This document shows, piece by piece, positions 36,810 through 47,046 of a stretch of 64,000 nucleotides of DNA. The stretch comes from Candidatus Sulfotelmatobacter sp. (GTDB lineage: Bacteria; Acidobacteriota; Terriglobia; Terriglobales; Acidobacteriaceae). Below the pieces are notes generated by a model. That model ran no database searches. It had not been told where the DNA came from and was given only the letters and a program-made list of their open reading frames with translations. The stretch covers positions 4,716 through 68,715 of the forward strand of contig DAIUEW010000020.1 of NCBI GenBank assembly GCA_036844925.1, written 5' to 3'. Made by a program: the position numbers and the translations under genes. Numbering within the stretch: position 1 is the first letter of the stretch; each line of letters opens with the position of its first letter.

Positions 36810-38744
36810 TTATAAAATCTCGCGGGCGTCTCCGATTCGGCGCGTCACGCGTTCGCGATCGAGATACTCCAGCAGCGGAATCGCATATTTGCGGGTGACT
36901 CCAGTTAGCTCCTTGAACTTTGCCACATCGATCTTCGATGACGTAAGTTTGTACCTGGCTATCTGCCGCCGCAACGTGTCGAGCGCGCTGCGATGAAAGA
37001 GCAACTCGTCAGAGATCTTGATCAAAATCTTATCGCGCAATAGCAGGGTCACAATTTTCTGTGCGCGAACCCGGTCGATCTTGAGGCCCGCAATCACTTG
37101 GGGCAGCGCCGGAACTTGCAGTCCCGCGGAAACAAACGCCTCTTCGATTGCCTTTTTTGATTCGGCCTCGTCGTCTTTCATCACGACGCCTCGGCCCGGC
37201 AGCCGAACCAGGTCCCCAGTTACTTCCAGCTTCTTCTCGCGACCTAACATGACTGCAACCGCTTCGAAAACCTCCGGAGTTGCATTCAACTGCGCGCGCA
37301 GTTCTTCTTTGCTGATTCCACCGACGAGGGGATTTTTCTTATGAAACTCTCCGGCGACTCTCACCGCCTGCGCTTTCAACGATTCCAGCGCCGGCGAATG
37401 CAGGAACAGGTCGCCAGCCTCCACCAACCTCCCGCTCTTCAGTGCTGAGTCCAATTTCGCTTCGATTACGCTTTTCGCCCAACCGGTTTCGGCAACCAGC
37501 TTTGATATTGAGATTCCCTGATGTTGGCGGCGCGCGATTCGCGCTTCGAGGATCTTTTCCGCACTGCCGCTGGCAAGAATCTTCAGGAACTCCTTGAGTT
37601 CCGGCGTACGCAAGATCGGCGCAGCGTCCAACACAACTCCGCCTCCGATGGTTACCACGGGCGAAAACTGCCGAATGATGAAACGATCTCCCGGCAAAAG
37701 CAGCGCAGCCTCGGGGAGCTTGAGGCGCGCGAAGGCCCCATCGCCAGGAGCGATCTGCTGCGCCCGGTCAAGCACAATTTCGGCCACTGTTTCCATCGTG
37801 TAGGAATGAAAGTGCACGCGTGCGCGGTTCTTGAGCGCATGCGGCGCTGAAGATAGCAAGCGCAACTGCACGTCGGCTCGGCGTGTCGTTTCAAATGTCG
37901 CTGGAGGCGCGAGCGTCATTCCCCGAGACAGGTCCTCTGTGTTCACTCCTACCAGGTTTAGAGCTGTGCGCTGGCCGGCAACTGCGCGATCGGCAGAGCG
38001 GCCGTGCACCTGCGCCCCGCGCACCCGGACACGCCGTCCGGTAGGGAAAACCTCCAACTCATCTTCGCGGCGAATGGTTCCCGCTACCAGCGTTCCGGTC
38101 ACCACGGTACCGAAACCTTTCATGGTGAAGACGCGGTCAATCGGCAGTCGGGCGATGGCCTGGGAGTCGCGCGGGAGCGCCTCGCTTCCCACAGCAACGA
38201 TGGCCTGCTTTAAGTCGTCGAGTCCCGCACCAGTAAGGGAACTCACGGCGATAATCTTTTGTTGTTTGTCCGTTTGATGCGTGTTTGATTGAGCCGTGTT
38301 TGATGGAGCCAAAAAAGTCCCGCGCAGGAAATCTTCCACTTCCAGGCGGACGACGTCGAGCGTGTCTGCGTCAACCGCATCGGATTTGGTGAGTACCGTG
38401 ATGCCGCGCTGAACGCCGAGCAGTTGCAGGATGTCGAAGTGCTCGCGCGTTTGCGGCCTGATTGCTTCGTCCGCTGCAATCACGAGCAGCACCAGATCGA
38501 TGCCGCCAACACCCGCGAGCATATTGCGCACGAAGCGCTCGTGGCCGGGCACGTCGACAAAGCCCAGTCGCAGTGTCTCGCCGTTCGGGGCGGGCAAATC
38601 CATGTGAGCGAAACCGAGGTCGATGGTGATACCACGACGCTTTTCTTCTTCCAGCCGGTCAGCATCGATTCCGGTCAGTGCCTTGACCAATGCCGTTTTG
38701 CCGTGATCGATGTGGCCGGCGGTTCCTACAATGATAGATTTCAT
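36810..38744 (-). CDS. selB: Selenocysteine-specific translation elongation factor
   Basis: 644 aa. G-domain [11 protein letters not shown] / DVPGHERF / TKSD. Collinear with E. coli SelB, including [17 protein letters not shown] and the C-terminal winged-helix [24 protein letters not shown]. Confidence 0.9.
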   Translation of the reverse strand: MKSIIVGTAGHIDHGKTALVKALTGIDADRLEEEKRRGITIDLGFAHMDLPAPNGETLRLGFVDVPGHERFVRNMLAGVGGIDLVLLVIAADEAIRPQTREHFDILQLLGVQRGITVLTKSDAVDADTLDVVRLEVEDFLRGTFLAPSNTAQSNTHQTDKQQKIIAVSSLTGAGLDDLKQAIVAVGSEALPRDSQAIARLPIDRVFTMKGFGTVVTGTLVAGTIRREDELEVFPTGRRVRVRGAQVHGRSADRAVAGQRTALNLVGVNTEDLSRGMTLAPPATFETTRRADVQLRLLSSAPHALKNRARVHFHSYTMETVAEIVLDRAQQIAPGDGAFARLKLPEAALLLPGDRFIIRQFSPVVTIGGGVVLDAAPILRTPELKEFLKILASGSAEKILEARIARRQHQGISISKLVAETGWAKSVIEAKLDSALKSGRLVEAGDLFLHSPALESLKAQAVRVAGEFHKKNPLVGGISKEELRAQLNATPEVFEAVAVMLGREKKLEVTGDLVRLPGRGVVMKDDEAESKKAIEEAFVSAGLQVPALPQVIAGLKIDRVRAQKIVTLLLRDKILIKISDELLFHRSALDTLRRQIARYKLTSSKIDVAKFKELTGVTRKYAIPLLEYLDRERVTRRIGDAREIL

Positions 38745-38859
38745 CTGGGTGAAATCTTACCGGAAACATTTCTGGGTTGGAGGGGGGCAATTCCGAGCCC
38801 CCGATAATCACGGCCAACAGGACTTGCGCCTGCTTTGCCCGGCTCTTATTGTTTCAGGC

Positions 38860-39462
38860 ATGGCTACGCGCGCTGCAATTGGATTCAGCCTCCACACAGG
38901 TTGGGCGGCTCTAGTTGCGATTGCGGGAGAACCTGGCAGACTCGAGGTTTTGCTCCGTCGTCGCATCGAGTTGTTACCGCCCGACAGTTCTGTTCCTCGC
39001 TTCGTGTACCACGAAGCTGCGAAGTTGGGCGCTTCGCAAGCCGCGGAGCTAGTCCATCGTGCCGTGGATGCATCTCAGGCCGCAGCTCGAATTGCGGTCG
39101 AGGATGCCCTCGATCATTTGCGGTCCGTGAATTGTGCGGTAATCGCAGCCGGAATCCCATGCAATTCCAGGCCAGTTCCGAAGGATCTCTCGACCGTGCT
39201 TCGCTCGCATCCAATGATCCACACAGCAGAAGGCATCTTGTTCCAGCAGGCGCTCGCTTGGGGTTGCAAGGGCTGCGGTTTGGCGGTGACTTCTGCCCGC
39301 GCTCGGGACGTCTGGCTGGCTGCCTCCAATACCTGGGGCTTGAACGAAGCGACCCTGCACAAGCAGGTCGATGGCTTGCGAGTGTCCGTGGGCGCTCCTT
39401 GGGGCAGCGACCAGAAGACGGGGACTGTCTTTGCGCTGCTTGCCCTGAGGCCGGTTTCCTGA
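38860..39462 (+). CDS. Hypothetical protein (200 aa)
   Basis: ATG at 38860; the ORF extends to 38710 and would overlap selB. Alternating beta/alpha pattern (AIGFSLHTGWAALVAIAG...). No motif I recognise. An alternative frame is also open, so coding status is moderate. Confidence 0.45.
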   Translation: MATRAAIGFSLHTGWAALVAIAGEPGRLEVLLRRRIELLPPDSSVPRFVYHEAAKLGASQAAELVHRAVDASQAAARIAVEDALDHLRSVNCAVIAAGIPCNSRPVPKDLSTVLRSHPMIHTAEGILFQQALAWGCKGCGLAVTSARARDVWLAASNTWGLNEATLHKQVDGLRVSVGAPWGSDQKTGTVFALLALRPVS

Positions 39463-39545
39463 TTCGGGTGCCCGAGCCATTCCCGCGCTAGATGGCGATT
39501 ATGGCCTACCCAGACGCCGCCCTAGATGCGACAATAGAGTTTCCC

Positions 39546-41999
39546 ATGACCAGTTCCCTGACTTCAGCTTTTTCTGCGGAGACCCTCCGGCAGCATGGCC
39601 TCAGTTCCGACGAATACGAAAAGATCAAGAGACTTCTCGAAGGACGCGAGCCCACGCTCACCGAACTCGGCATCTTCAGCGTGATGTGGAGCGAGCACTG
39701 TTCCTACAAATCGTCACGCGTACATTTGAAGCGGCTGCCCACGCGCAGCAAGCGAGTGCTCCAGGGACCGGGGGAAAACGCTGGAATTATCGACATCGGT
39801 GACGGCTGGGCATGCGCGTTCAAGATTGAGTCGCATAACCATCCGTCATTCATCGAACCGTTTCAGGGGGCGACGACCGGCGTGGGCGGCATTCTGCGCG
39901 ATATTTTTACCATGGGCGCGCGACCGGTTGCGGTGATGGACTCGCTGAGGTTCGGACCGATCACCGCATCGAAGGGGATCTCTCAGAGCGAACTGCATAG
40001 GAATCACTCCATTCTCGAAGGCGTGGTCAGCGGCGTGGCTTCCTACGGCAATTGTTTCGGTGTGCCGAACCTGGGCGGGGAAACCAAGTTCGAACCGTGC
40101 TACTCCGGTAATCCGCTGGTGAACGCTTTCGCCATGGGGTTGGTGCGCAAGGACGAAATTTTTTACGCGCGTGCCGCCGGGGAGGGCAATCCGGTTATTT
40201 ATGTCGGCGCTAAGACGGGGCGCGACGGCATCCACGGCGCGACCATGGCCAGCGAAGAATTCAGCGAAGCTTCGGAAGCGAAGCGTCCGAATGTGCAGGT
40301 GGGCGATCCTTTTCTGGAAAAGTTGTTGCTCGAGGCCTGTCTGGAAGCGATGCAGACGGGAGCGATTGTCGGCATCCAGGACATGGGTGCGGCGGGCCTG
40401 ACGTGCTCCACTTGCGAGATGGGCGGCCGCGGCGGAGTGGGGATTGAGATTGAACTAGATCGCGTTCCGCAGCGCGAGACTGGCATGACTCCTTACGAAA
40501 TTATGCTGAGCGAGTCGCAGGAGCGCATGTTGCTGGTGGCGCAGAAGGGCCGCGAGCAAGAGGTGTATCGCGTTTTTCAAAAGTGGGGACTCGATGCGGT
40601 CGAGGTTGGCAGGGTCACCACCGACAATAAATTGCGCGTGTTGCAGCACGGCGAGGTTGTCGCCGAGATTCCAAATCAGGCGCTCACTGATGATGCGCCA
40701 GTGTATAAGCGTCCGCTGGCGCGCTGGGAGCCTCCCGTGGCCAGGGAGATGCCGGAGAGTGTGCGGCTTGGCGGCGCGTCTCAGGGGCTAAAGCCCACGT
40801 CTTCTGCGAATTCTAACGGCGCGGCTGAAGCCGCGCCCTTTCAAAACGTGCCCTTGCAGAACGTGCCCTTCCAAAGCATGGCGGTAGCTGAGAGTCCCCG
40901 TCGCGGCAGTGATTTCACGCAAGACCTGAAACTGCTCCTTGCCAGCCCGAACATTTGCGGGAAGCGCTGGGTGTGGCAGCAATACGATCACATGGTGCAG
41001 ACCAACACGGTGGAACCGCCGGGTGCGGGCGATGCGGGAGTGATTCGCATTAAGAATTCCGATGCCAGGGCTTCCGAGCGCGGACTGGCAATGGCGCTCG
41101 ATGGCAATGGGCGCTGGTGTTATCTCGACCCGCGCCTGGGCGCGATGCATGCGGTTGCCGAAGCTGCGCGTAAAGTTGCATGTTCGGGGGCGACGCCGGT
41201 GGGTGCGACCAATTGCCTGAACTTCGGCAATCCGGAGAAGCCGCACATCATGTGGCAGTTTTCGCAGACCATCGATGGCATCACGAAAGCCTGCGAGGAG
41301 TTGGAGATTCCCATCACCGGCGGCAATGTGAGTTTCTATAACGAGACGCTGGGCGAGGCCATCTATCCGACGCCAGTGCTGGGCGTGGTGGGGATTCTCG
41401 ATGACGTGCACAAGAGTGCGAAGATGCATTTTGCCTCGATCGGACGCACGATCGTGCTATTGCGCGCCGGCGCCAGGGCCGATATCACGGATGTACATAG
41501 TGAGTTCGGGTCATCGGAGTACGCGAAAGAAGTTCTGGGCGAGCTGTGGGGATATCCTCCAGAGCTCGATTTGGAGAAAGAAGCTTCGTTGCAGAAGGCC
41601 GTTGTCGAACTAATCCAGCAGGGGCTGGTGGATTCCGTGCATGATTGCTCGGATGGCGGCTTGGCGGTCGCGCTGGCGGAGAAGGCGTTTGCCAGAGGCA
41701 TCGGAGTTCGGGTGAATCTGGCGTCGGACGGGCTTCCCGCGGAGTTTGTATTGTTTGGGGAGGATGCGAGCCGGATCGTTGTCAGTTGCGACCCTGGTCA
41801 GTTGGCGCGAATCCAAGGGGTAGCGGGAAAATACGACATCGCTGCCGATGCGCTGGGAGAAACGATTCCGGAGCGGCTGGAAATTTCGGTGGATGAAACC
41901 GTGGTTGTATCCGCCGAAGTCTCGGAATTAAGTGACGTGTTCGAGGGAGCGCTCGAATCGGCGTTGCGGACTGATCCGGAGTTGGTGGCGGCAGATTGA
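39546..41999 (+). CDS. purL: Phosphoribosylformylglycinamidine synthase subunit II
   Basis: [53 protein letters not shown]. Start at MTSSL chosen by family N-terminal length; an alternative ATG lies at 39492. Contains a ~100-bp REP-derived in-frame insert. Confidence 0.9.
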   Translation: MTSSLTSAFSAETLRQHGLSSDEYEKIKRLLEGREPTLTELGIFSVMWSEHCSYKSSRVHLKRLPTRSKRVLQGPGENAGIIDIGDGWACAFKIESHNHPSFIEPFQGATTGVGGILRDIFTMGARPVAVMDSLRFGPITASKGISQSELHRNHSILEGVVSGVASYGNCFGVPNLGGETKFEPCYSGNPLVNAFAMGLVRKDEIFYARAAGEGNPVIYVGAKTGRDGIHGATMASEEFSEASEAKRPNVQVGDPFLEKLLLEACLEAMQTGAIVGIQDMGAAGLTCSTCEMGGRGGVGIEIELDRVPQRETGMTPYEIMLSESQERMLLVAQKGREQEVYRVFQKWGLDAVEVGRVTTDNKLRVLQHGEVVAEIPNQALTDDAPVYKRPLARWEPPVAREMPESVRLGGASQGLKPTSSANSNGAAEAAPFQNVPLQNVPFQSMAVAESPRRGSDFTQDLKLLLASPNICGKRWVWQQYDHMVQTNTVEPPGAGDAGVIRIKNSDARASERGLAMALDGNGRWCYLDPRLGAMHAVAEAARKVACSGATPVGATNCLNFGNPEKPHIMWQFSQTIDGITKACEELEIPITGGNVSFYNETLGEAIYPTPVLGVVGILDDVHKSAKMHFASIGRTIVLLRAGARADITDVHSEFGSSEYAKEVLGELWGYPPELDLEKEASLQKAVVELIQQGLVDSVHDCSDGGLAVALAEKAFARGIGVRVNLASDGLPAEFVLFGEDASRIVVSCDPGQLARIQGVAGKYDIAADALGETIPERLEISVDETVVVSAEVSELSDVFEGALESALRTDPELVAAD
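40779..40877 (+). repeat. Family-A REP-like element embedded in frame in purL
   Basis: tctcaggggctaaagccc...ggcgcggc-tgaa-gccgcgcc...aacgtgcccttgcagaacgtgcccttcc. Head, hairpin and gtgcccttcc tail match the intergenic copies at 5366, 7459 and 30763. Confidence 0.8.
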
Positions 42000-42029
42000 T
42001 GGCCGCTCTGGACAGTGGAGAACAAAGCG

Positions 42030-42075
42030 AGCCGAGCGGCGCTCGGCTGGACAGCCGTGGGCGGCTGTCCACACA
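42030..42075 (+). repeat. Double-hairpin REP, family D
   Basis: agccgagc-ggc-gctcggct followed by ggacagccg-tggg-cggctgtcc-acaca. Confidence 0.85.
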
Positions 42076-42106
42076 TGATTCTTGATAGCTGAAGGCAAAA
42101 AGCTAA

Positions 42107-43534
42107 ATGCTGATTTCCGATAAATTTCGCGAAGAGTGCGGAGTGGTCGCGATCTTCGCGCATCCCGAGGCGGAGAAGCTTGCTTATCTCGGACTGCATG
42201 CTTTGCAGCATCGCGGGCAGGAGTCGGCAGGGATTGTTACTTCCGATGGGCTGACCTCGCGCGTCCACAAAGCAATGGGATCGGTCGCTGACATTTTTAC
42301 GGAAGAAGTGCTCTCGAAGATTCGCGGTACGCTGGCCATTGGGCACACGCGTTACTCGACCGCCGGTGATTCTGCTCTGCTGAATGCGCAGCCGATCCTG
42401 GTGCAGTCGAATAAGGGCTCGATTGCAGTGGCGCATAACGGCAATCTTGTGAATGCGGTGGATGTGCGCAGCCGACTGGAACGGCAAGGGTCGATTTTCC
42501 AGACGAACAGCGATACGGAAGTGATCGTGCACCTGATTGCATTGTCGCGGGAACACACGCTGCCCGAGGCGATTGCCGACGCCCTGCGGCGCGTGGAAGG
42601 CGCGTTTTCGTTGGTGCTGATGACTCCGGACCGGATTATCGCGGCGCGCGACCCGCGCGGCTTTCGGCCGCTGGCGATGGGAAGCATTCCGGCGCTGGAG
42701 GGTCAAAAGCGCGACACGATTGTTTTCGCCTCGGAGACTTGCGCCTTCGATCTGATTGGAGCCGCGTATGAGCGCGACGTGAAGCCGGGTGAGTTGGTCG
42801 TGGTTGGGCCGGAAGGTGTCAGCTCTCTTTTTTATTCGGCGGCCGCGCCGCAGTCGAGCTGTATTTTTGAGCACGTCTATTTTTCGCGTCCTGACAGTGT
42901 GGTGTTTGGCCGCGCAGTGCAGACCAGCCGCGAGGAGCTGGGAAGGCAGTTGGCGCGCGAAGCGCCGGTGGAGGCGGACCTGGTGGTTCCTGTGCCGGAT
43001 TCGGGCGTGACCGCGGCCGTCGGATATGCGGCGGAGAGCGGCATTCCGTTCCGCTTCGGCTTGATTCGCAATCACTACGTGGGGCGAACGTTTATCGAAC
43101 CGAGCCAGAGCGTGCGCGACTTTGGGGTGAAGCTGAAGCTCAACCCGGTGCGTTCGCTGCTGGAAGGCAAGCGCGTGGTTTTGATCGACGATTCGATCGT
43201 GCGCGGAACCACCAGCCGCAAGATCGTCCGAATGATTCGCAACGCCGGAGCAAAGGAAGTTCACATGCGCATTTCGTGTCCACCAACGATTTCTCCTTGC
43301 TATTACGGGGTGGATACGCCGTCGAAGAATCAGCTGATTGGTGCTAATAAATCGGTCGACGAGATTCGTCAATACATTCGCGCGGACTCGCTGGCTTACC
43401 TCTCGCTAGAGGGGCTCAAGAAGGCATGCGGCGAGGGTGAGAAGACTTCTTATTGTTCGGCTTGCTATACAGGAAAATATCCCACCAACATTGTGGATGT
43501 GGAAGAGATTCAACCCGCGTCTGTGCAAACGTAG
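42107..43534 (+). CDS. purF: Amidophosphoribosyltransferase
   Basis: 475 aa. N-terminal nucleophile CGVVAIF, GHTRYST, PRT motif VVLIDDSIVRGTT, C-terminal Cys cluster CYYG...CSACYTGKYP. Confidence 0.95.
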   Translation: MLISDKFREECGVVAIFAHPEAEKLAYLGLHALQHRGQESAGIVTSDGLTSRVHKAMGSVADIFTEEVLSKIRGTLAIGHTRYSTAGDSALLNAQPILVQSNKGSIAVAHNGNLVNAVDVRSRLERQGSIFQTNSDTEVIVHLIALSREHTLPEAIADALRRVEGAFSLVLMTPDRIIAARDPRGFRPLAMGSIPALEGQKRDTIVFASETCAFDLIGAAYERDVKPGELVVVGPEGVSSLFYSAAAPQSSCIFEHVYFSRPDSVVFGRAVQTSREELGRQLAREAPVEADLVVPVPDSGVTAAVGYAAESGIPFRFGLIRNHYVGRTFIEPSQSVRDFGVKLKLNPVRSLLEGKRVVLIDDSIVRGTTSRKIVRMIRNAGAKEVHMRISCPPTISPCYYGVDTPSKNQLIGANKSVDEIRQYIRADSLAYLSLEGLKKACGEGEKTSYCSACYTGKYPTNIVDVEEIQPASVQT

Positions 43535-43545
43535 GATATCCTCGC

Positions 43546-43616
43546 CCTCAGGGGCTAAAGCCCTCATTCATTTGGCTACTAACGCGGCGCTGAAGCGCCG
43601 CTCTTCCACGGTCGCG
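43546..43616 (+). repeat. REP-like element, family A subtype 3
   Basis: cctcaggggctaaagccctc...gcggcgc-tgaa-gcgccgc-tcttccacggtcgc. Confidence 0.8.
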
Positions 43617-43657
43617 AATTCTTCCGGTTTGCTGGGCAACTACTTCAATGGTCGAGG

Positions 43658-44575
43658 TTATTTGCGCGCCTGCACTACGCGCGGGATCGATTGCAGATCC
43701 AGGCTTATCTGGACGTCGTTCCAATCTCGCAACAATAGCTTTACATCCTCTACGATGGTACCGCTAATTTCCATGACGAGCCAGCCGCCGGGCCGGAGCG
43801 CGGCGTGGGCCTGGGGAATCAGGCGCGCAATTACTTCCGTACCGATAGGGCCGGCAAAGACGGCGCTGGGCGGCTCGAATTTGCGGACTTCGAGTTGCAC
43901 CGAATCTTCCTCCGAATCGCCGACATAGGGTGGATTGGAGACGACGAAGTCGAAAGAGTTATTCTCGAACCCTGGTTCAGGGATTGAGAGCAGGTCGGCT
44001 TCGTCGAAGTGAACTCGAGATTCAAGCTGGTGACGGGCGGCGTTGGCGCGGGCAACTTCCAGCGCTGCGTGAGAAATGTCCGTGGCGTCGACTTCGGCGC
44101 TCGGCAACTCTTTCGCAAGCGCTAACGCTATGCACCCGGAGCCGGTGCCAACGTCGATAATGCGGACGTCGGACCTCGGACCTCGGACCTCGGCGTTCCG
44201 GCTTTCCGTGTCGGCCCTGAAGTCTGAAGTCCGAGGTCTGAAGTCCGACGCCCGAAGTTCCAGGACGGCTTCGATGACATGCTCGGTTTCGGGGCGCGGG
44301 ATTAGTACTGCGGGGGTGACGATGAGATCCATGCCCCAGAATTCCTGATGGCCGGTGATGTATTGCGCGGGAACGCCGCGGGCGCGCTCGGCGAGGGCCG
44401 CTTCGTAGCCGCTGGACTCATCGAAGGTCATCTCGCGCTCGGGGTGGGCAAAAAGATACGCTCGGTCGACGCTCAGGGTGAACATCAGAAGCAATTCAGC
44501 GTTCATGCGCGGGGAGGGAACTTGAGCTGCCGTGAGACGAGCGATCGCGGAACGTAGGGCTTCTTTCAGGCGCAC
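43658..44575 (-). CDS. prmC: Peptide chain release factor N5-glutamine methyltransferase
   Basis: GTG start. YITGHQEFWG, SAM motif IIDVGTGSGCIALALA, catalytic NPPY (VSNPPYV). Contains a ~90-bp repeat-derived in-frame insert. Confidence 0.85.
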   Translation of the reverse strand: MRLKEALRSAIARLTAAQVPSPRMNAELLLMFTLSVDRAYLFAHPEREMTFDESSGYEAALAERARGVPAQYITGHQEFWGMDLIVTPAVLIPRPETEHVIEAVLELRASDFRPRTSDFRADTESRNAEVRGPRSDVRIIDVGTGSGCIALALAKELPSAEVDATDISHAALEVARANAARHQLESRVHFDEADLLSIPEPGFENNSFDFVVSNPPYVGDSEEDSVQLEVRKFEPPSAVFAGPIGTEVIARLIPQAHAALRPGGWLVMEISGTIVEDVKLLLRDWNDVQISLDLQSIPRVVQARK

Positions 44576-44672
44576 ACGACTATTTCACCACAGTGGGCAC
44601 TCTTCGACATCGCTCAGGGCAGGCTCCGGGACACAGGGTAAAGCAGGACAATATATTGAAGCCGCGAGAGGA

Positions 44673-45179
44673 TCAGGCTCGTAGAAAATTTCGGCGGGCG
44701 ATTTCCGCATTAAGAACCGTGGCGAAGGCGATCCAGGCGGCGTAGGGAACGAAGGCCCCGGCTGCTGCGCGATCGACTTTGCGGGCGGAATTCATATAGG
44801 AGAGAATTGTTGCTTCCAATGCGACAGCGTCGACCAGGGCTGCGATGGGACGATGCTGGCCAAAGAAAAGCTTTGACCATTTCGCGTTGGCTGCCAGTTG
44901 TGAAATCCAGAGACGCAGGGCAGCGGTGCGATGGCGGGAGGGGGCGGCGCTCCACACGCGCCATCCCGACCAGGCGATCAAGGCGTAGAGCGAAGTCCAG
45001 ATGATTGGAAAGACTTCGTCCGGCGGCGTGAAGTCCGGCTTGTCGAGCTCGCGATACCAGGAGTCACGATTTCTTCTGCTGTAACGGGAGCCATACCAGG
45101 CCGCACCGGCTGTAGCGATGCCGAAGCCGGCGAGAGCGAGTAGGGAGCGGGATCGTCTAGTCGACATGGCCATAGTCAC
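44673..45179 (-). CDS. tspO: TspO/MBR tryptophan-rich sensory protein
   Basis: 168 aa, 5 TM. WYRELDKPDFTPPDEVFPIIWTSLY and a Trp-rich pattern. Confidence 0.8.
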   Translation of the reverse strand: MTMAMSTRRSRSLLALAGFGIATAGAAWYGSRYSRRNRDSWYRELDKPDFTPPDEVFPIIWTSLYALIAWSGWRVWSAAPSRHRTAALRLWISQLAANAKWSKLFFGQHRPIAALVDAVALEATILSYMNSARKVDRAAAGAFVPYAAWIAFATVLNAEIARRNFLRA

Positions 45180-45245
45180 TTTCGGTGCTGGAATTATACG
45201 CGGGGTTGTTCGCGCTAGCGGCCTTGTCCGGCACTTTGTCGGTTG

Positions 45246-45728
45246 TTACCTAGACATGGCCGCGGTAGGCCGGTTGAGTTCGTAACCGAGATAGATCATC
45301 TGGCCGATGTGATGTTGCATGTGTGCGGCGCACTGCACGAGCATCGCGAGGCGGTTCGTAGCATCGGTGCCGACGCCGGAGTATTCCGCCGACCAATCTT
45401 CCGGCGATTGTTCGCGGATGGTTTTGACAACCATCTCTACTGCGTCGTCGAAGCGTTGGAAGGCATCGTCTTTCGATGGCGGGTCAGGGTCGTTGAATTC
45501 ACGCGGGCGATCGCGGACATAGCCTGTCCCGGCGATCTGCGCGCCGATGTAGTAGTTCAGATTGCCAGTGAGGTGCAGGACGAGGTGGCCGAAGCTGTTT
45601 CCGTAGGGGTAAGGCTTGCGCCAGAACTGGGCGTTGGTGAGGGGTGCGGCAAGCTCGCGGACGCGGTCGGCGTTGGCGGTGTAGCGGTTCATGATAGCGG
45701 ATGCGACCGTCGAGTGCAGATTGGACAT
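45246..45728 (-). CDS. DinB-family (four-helix-bundle metalloenzyme-like) protein
   Basis: His triad context HLVLHLTGNLNYY ... CAAHMQHHIGQ. Start at the ATG at 45728, preceded by AAGGAG. The ORF extension to 45818 would translate a REP hairpin. Confidence 0.75.
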   Translation of the reverse strand: MSNLHSTVASAIMNRYTANADRVRELAAPLTNAQFWRKPYPYGNSFGHLVLHLTGNLNYYIGAQIAGTGYVRDRPREFNDPDPPSKDDAFQRFDDAVEMVVKTIREQSPEDWSAEYSGVGTDATNRLAMLVQCAAHMQHHIGQMIYLGYELNRPTAAMSR

Positions 45729-45747
45729 GCTCTTCTCCTTGATCGCC

Positions 45748-45792
45748 GCCGGGCTTCGGCCAGATGGACAGCCGAGGGCGGCTGTCCCCACT
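45748..45792 (+). repeat. Double-hairpin REP, family D
   Basis: gccg-ggctt-cggc followed by ggacagccg-aggg-cggctgtcc-ccac. Confidence 0.8.
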
Positions 45793-45825
45793 GAATCGCT
45801 CACATCGCAATCCTTCACCGATCTC

Positions 45826-46905
45826 TCACACCACGCCAGTGGCTTCCTGCTTCAGCTTCTCTGCCTGGTAGTGCGTGGTCAGGGCCTCGATCAGCGGCTG
45901 AAGCTTGCCGTCCATTACCGCTTCGAGTTGGTGTAGGGTGAAGCCGATGCGATGGTCGGTGACGCGGTTTTGCGGGAAGTTATAGGTGCGGATCTTCTCG
46001 CTGCGGTCGCCCGATCCCACCATTGCCTTGCGCTCTTTGGCCAAGGCCTGCTGCTGTTTTTCCATCTCGATTTCGTAGAGGCGGGAGCGCAGCACGCGCA
46101 TCCCCTTCTCGCGATTCTTGATCTGAGATTTTTCGTCCTGGCAACTGACCACCGTGTTGGTTGGAATATGCGTGATGCGAACGGCAGAGTACGTCGTATT
46201 CACCGACTGGCCGCCTGGGCCACTGGAGCAGAACGTGTCGATGCGCAGGTCTTTGGCTTCGATCTTGATGTCGACGTCTTCGGCTTCCGGCAGGACCGCG
46301 ACGGTGACGGCGGAGGTGTGGACGCGTCCTTGCTGCTCGGTGGCGGGAACGCGCTGCACGCGGTGGACGCCACTTTCGTACTTTAGCTGAGAAAAGACGC
46401 GGTTGCCTTCGATGATGGCGATGACTTCTTTCAGGCCGCCAGCGGAGGATTCAGAAGATGACAGCACTTCGACCTTCCAGCGCTGGGTCTCGGCGTAGCG
46501 GGTGTACATGCGGAAGATCTCGGCGGCAAATAGCGTAGCTTCGTCTCCGCCAGTGCCAGCGCGGATTTCGAGGATGATATTTTTTTCGTCGTTTGGATCT
46601 TTTGGAAGCAGCAGGACTTTCAACTCTTCCTCAATGGCGGCGACGCGAGGCTCCAGTTTGTTGAGTTCTTCCTGGGCGTAGGCACGCATCTCGGGATCTT
46701 TCTCGTCGGCAAGCATCGATTTGCTCTCGGCGATTCCCTTTTTAAGGTCCTTATACTCGCGGTATTTTTCGACCGTGGGGGCGATTTCGGCATGCGCCTT
46801 CGCTGTTTTCTGAAATTTGGATGAGTCGCCAATGACCTCGGAGGAGGCCAGGGCCTGAGTTAATTCCTCATATCGAGCTTCGAGTTGGTCCAATCTCTCA
46901 AACAT
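45826..46905 (-). CDS. prfA: Peptide chain release factor 1
   Basis: 359 aa. PAT tripeptide region (RVPATE), GGQ motif ([11 protein letters not shown]), overall RF1 layout. Confidence 0.95.
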   Translation of the reverse strand: MFERLDQLEARYEELTQALASSEVIGDSSKFQKTAKAHAEIAPTVEKYREYKDLKKGIAESKSMLADEKDPEMRAYAQEELNKLEPRVAAIEEELKVLLLPKDPNDEKNIILEIRAGTGGDEATLFAAEIFRMYTRYAETQRWKVEVLSSSESSAGGLKEVIAIIEGNRVFSQLKYESGVHRVQRVPATEQQGRVHTSAVTVAVLPEAEDVDIKIEAKDLRIDTFCSSGPGGQSVNTTYSAVRITHIPTNTVVSCQDEKSQIKNREKGMRVLRSRLYEIEMEKQQQALAKERKAMVGSGDRSEKIRTYNFPQNRVTDHRIGFTLHQLEAVMDGKLQPLIEALTTHYQAEKLKQEATGVV

Positions 46906-47046
46906 GATCCAGCCTTCGTGGAGACGCAGGTTGTTGCGTCTCGGTGCATCTGCTCTGCACGTTTTCGCAAGAGTGATGCAATCTTTATTTCTCTACAGCA
47001 TTTTAGGGACGGTAATTGGGAGAGAGAAGTATTCGCGGCGGGGCCG

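Noticed and set aside
38835-39491. 218-aa ORF in a second frame overlapping the hypothetical gene 38860-39462
   Set aside because: It is Arg/Cys/Ser-rich (…SCDCGRTWQTRGFAPSSHRVV…). The other frame gives a more protein-like composition and secondary-structure periodicity. The choice is still not certain.
41798-43372. 524-aa ORF on the minus strand, the longest unassigned ORF in the window
   Set aside because: It runs exactly antisense to purF and the end of purL, both of which have unambiguous catalytic motifs. Its translation is Arg/His/Ala-rich low complexity (RRRIHPVIARRNRWW...), typical of antisense frames in GC-rich DNA. It has no RBS or family signature.
44673-45728. tspO and dinB lying between prfA and prmC, considered as an inserted island
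   Set aside because: There are no mobility genes and no compositional break visible by eye. The flanking sequences are ordinary REP copies. This is more simply a lineage-specific gene order.
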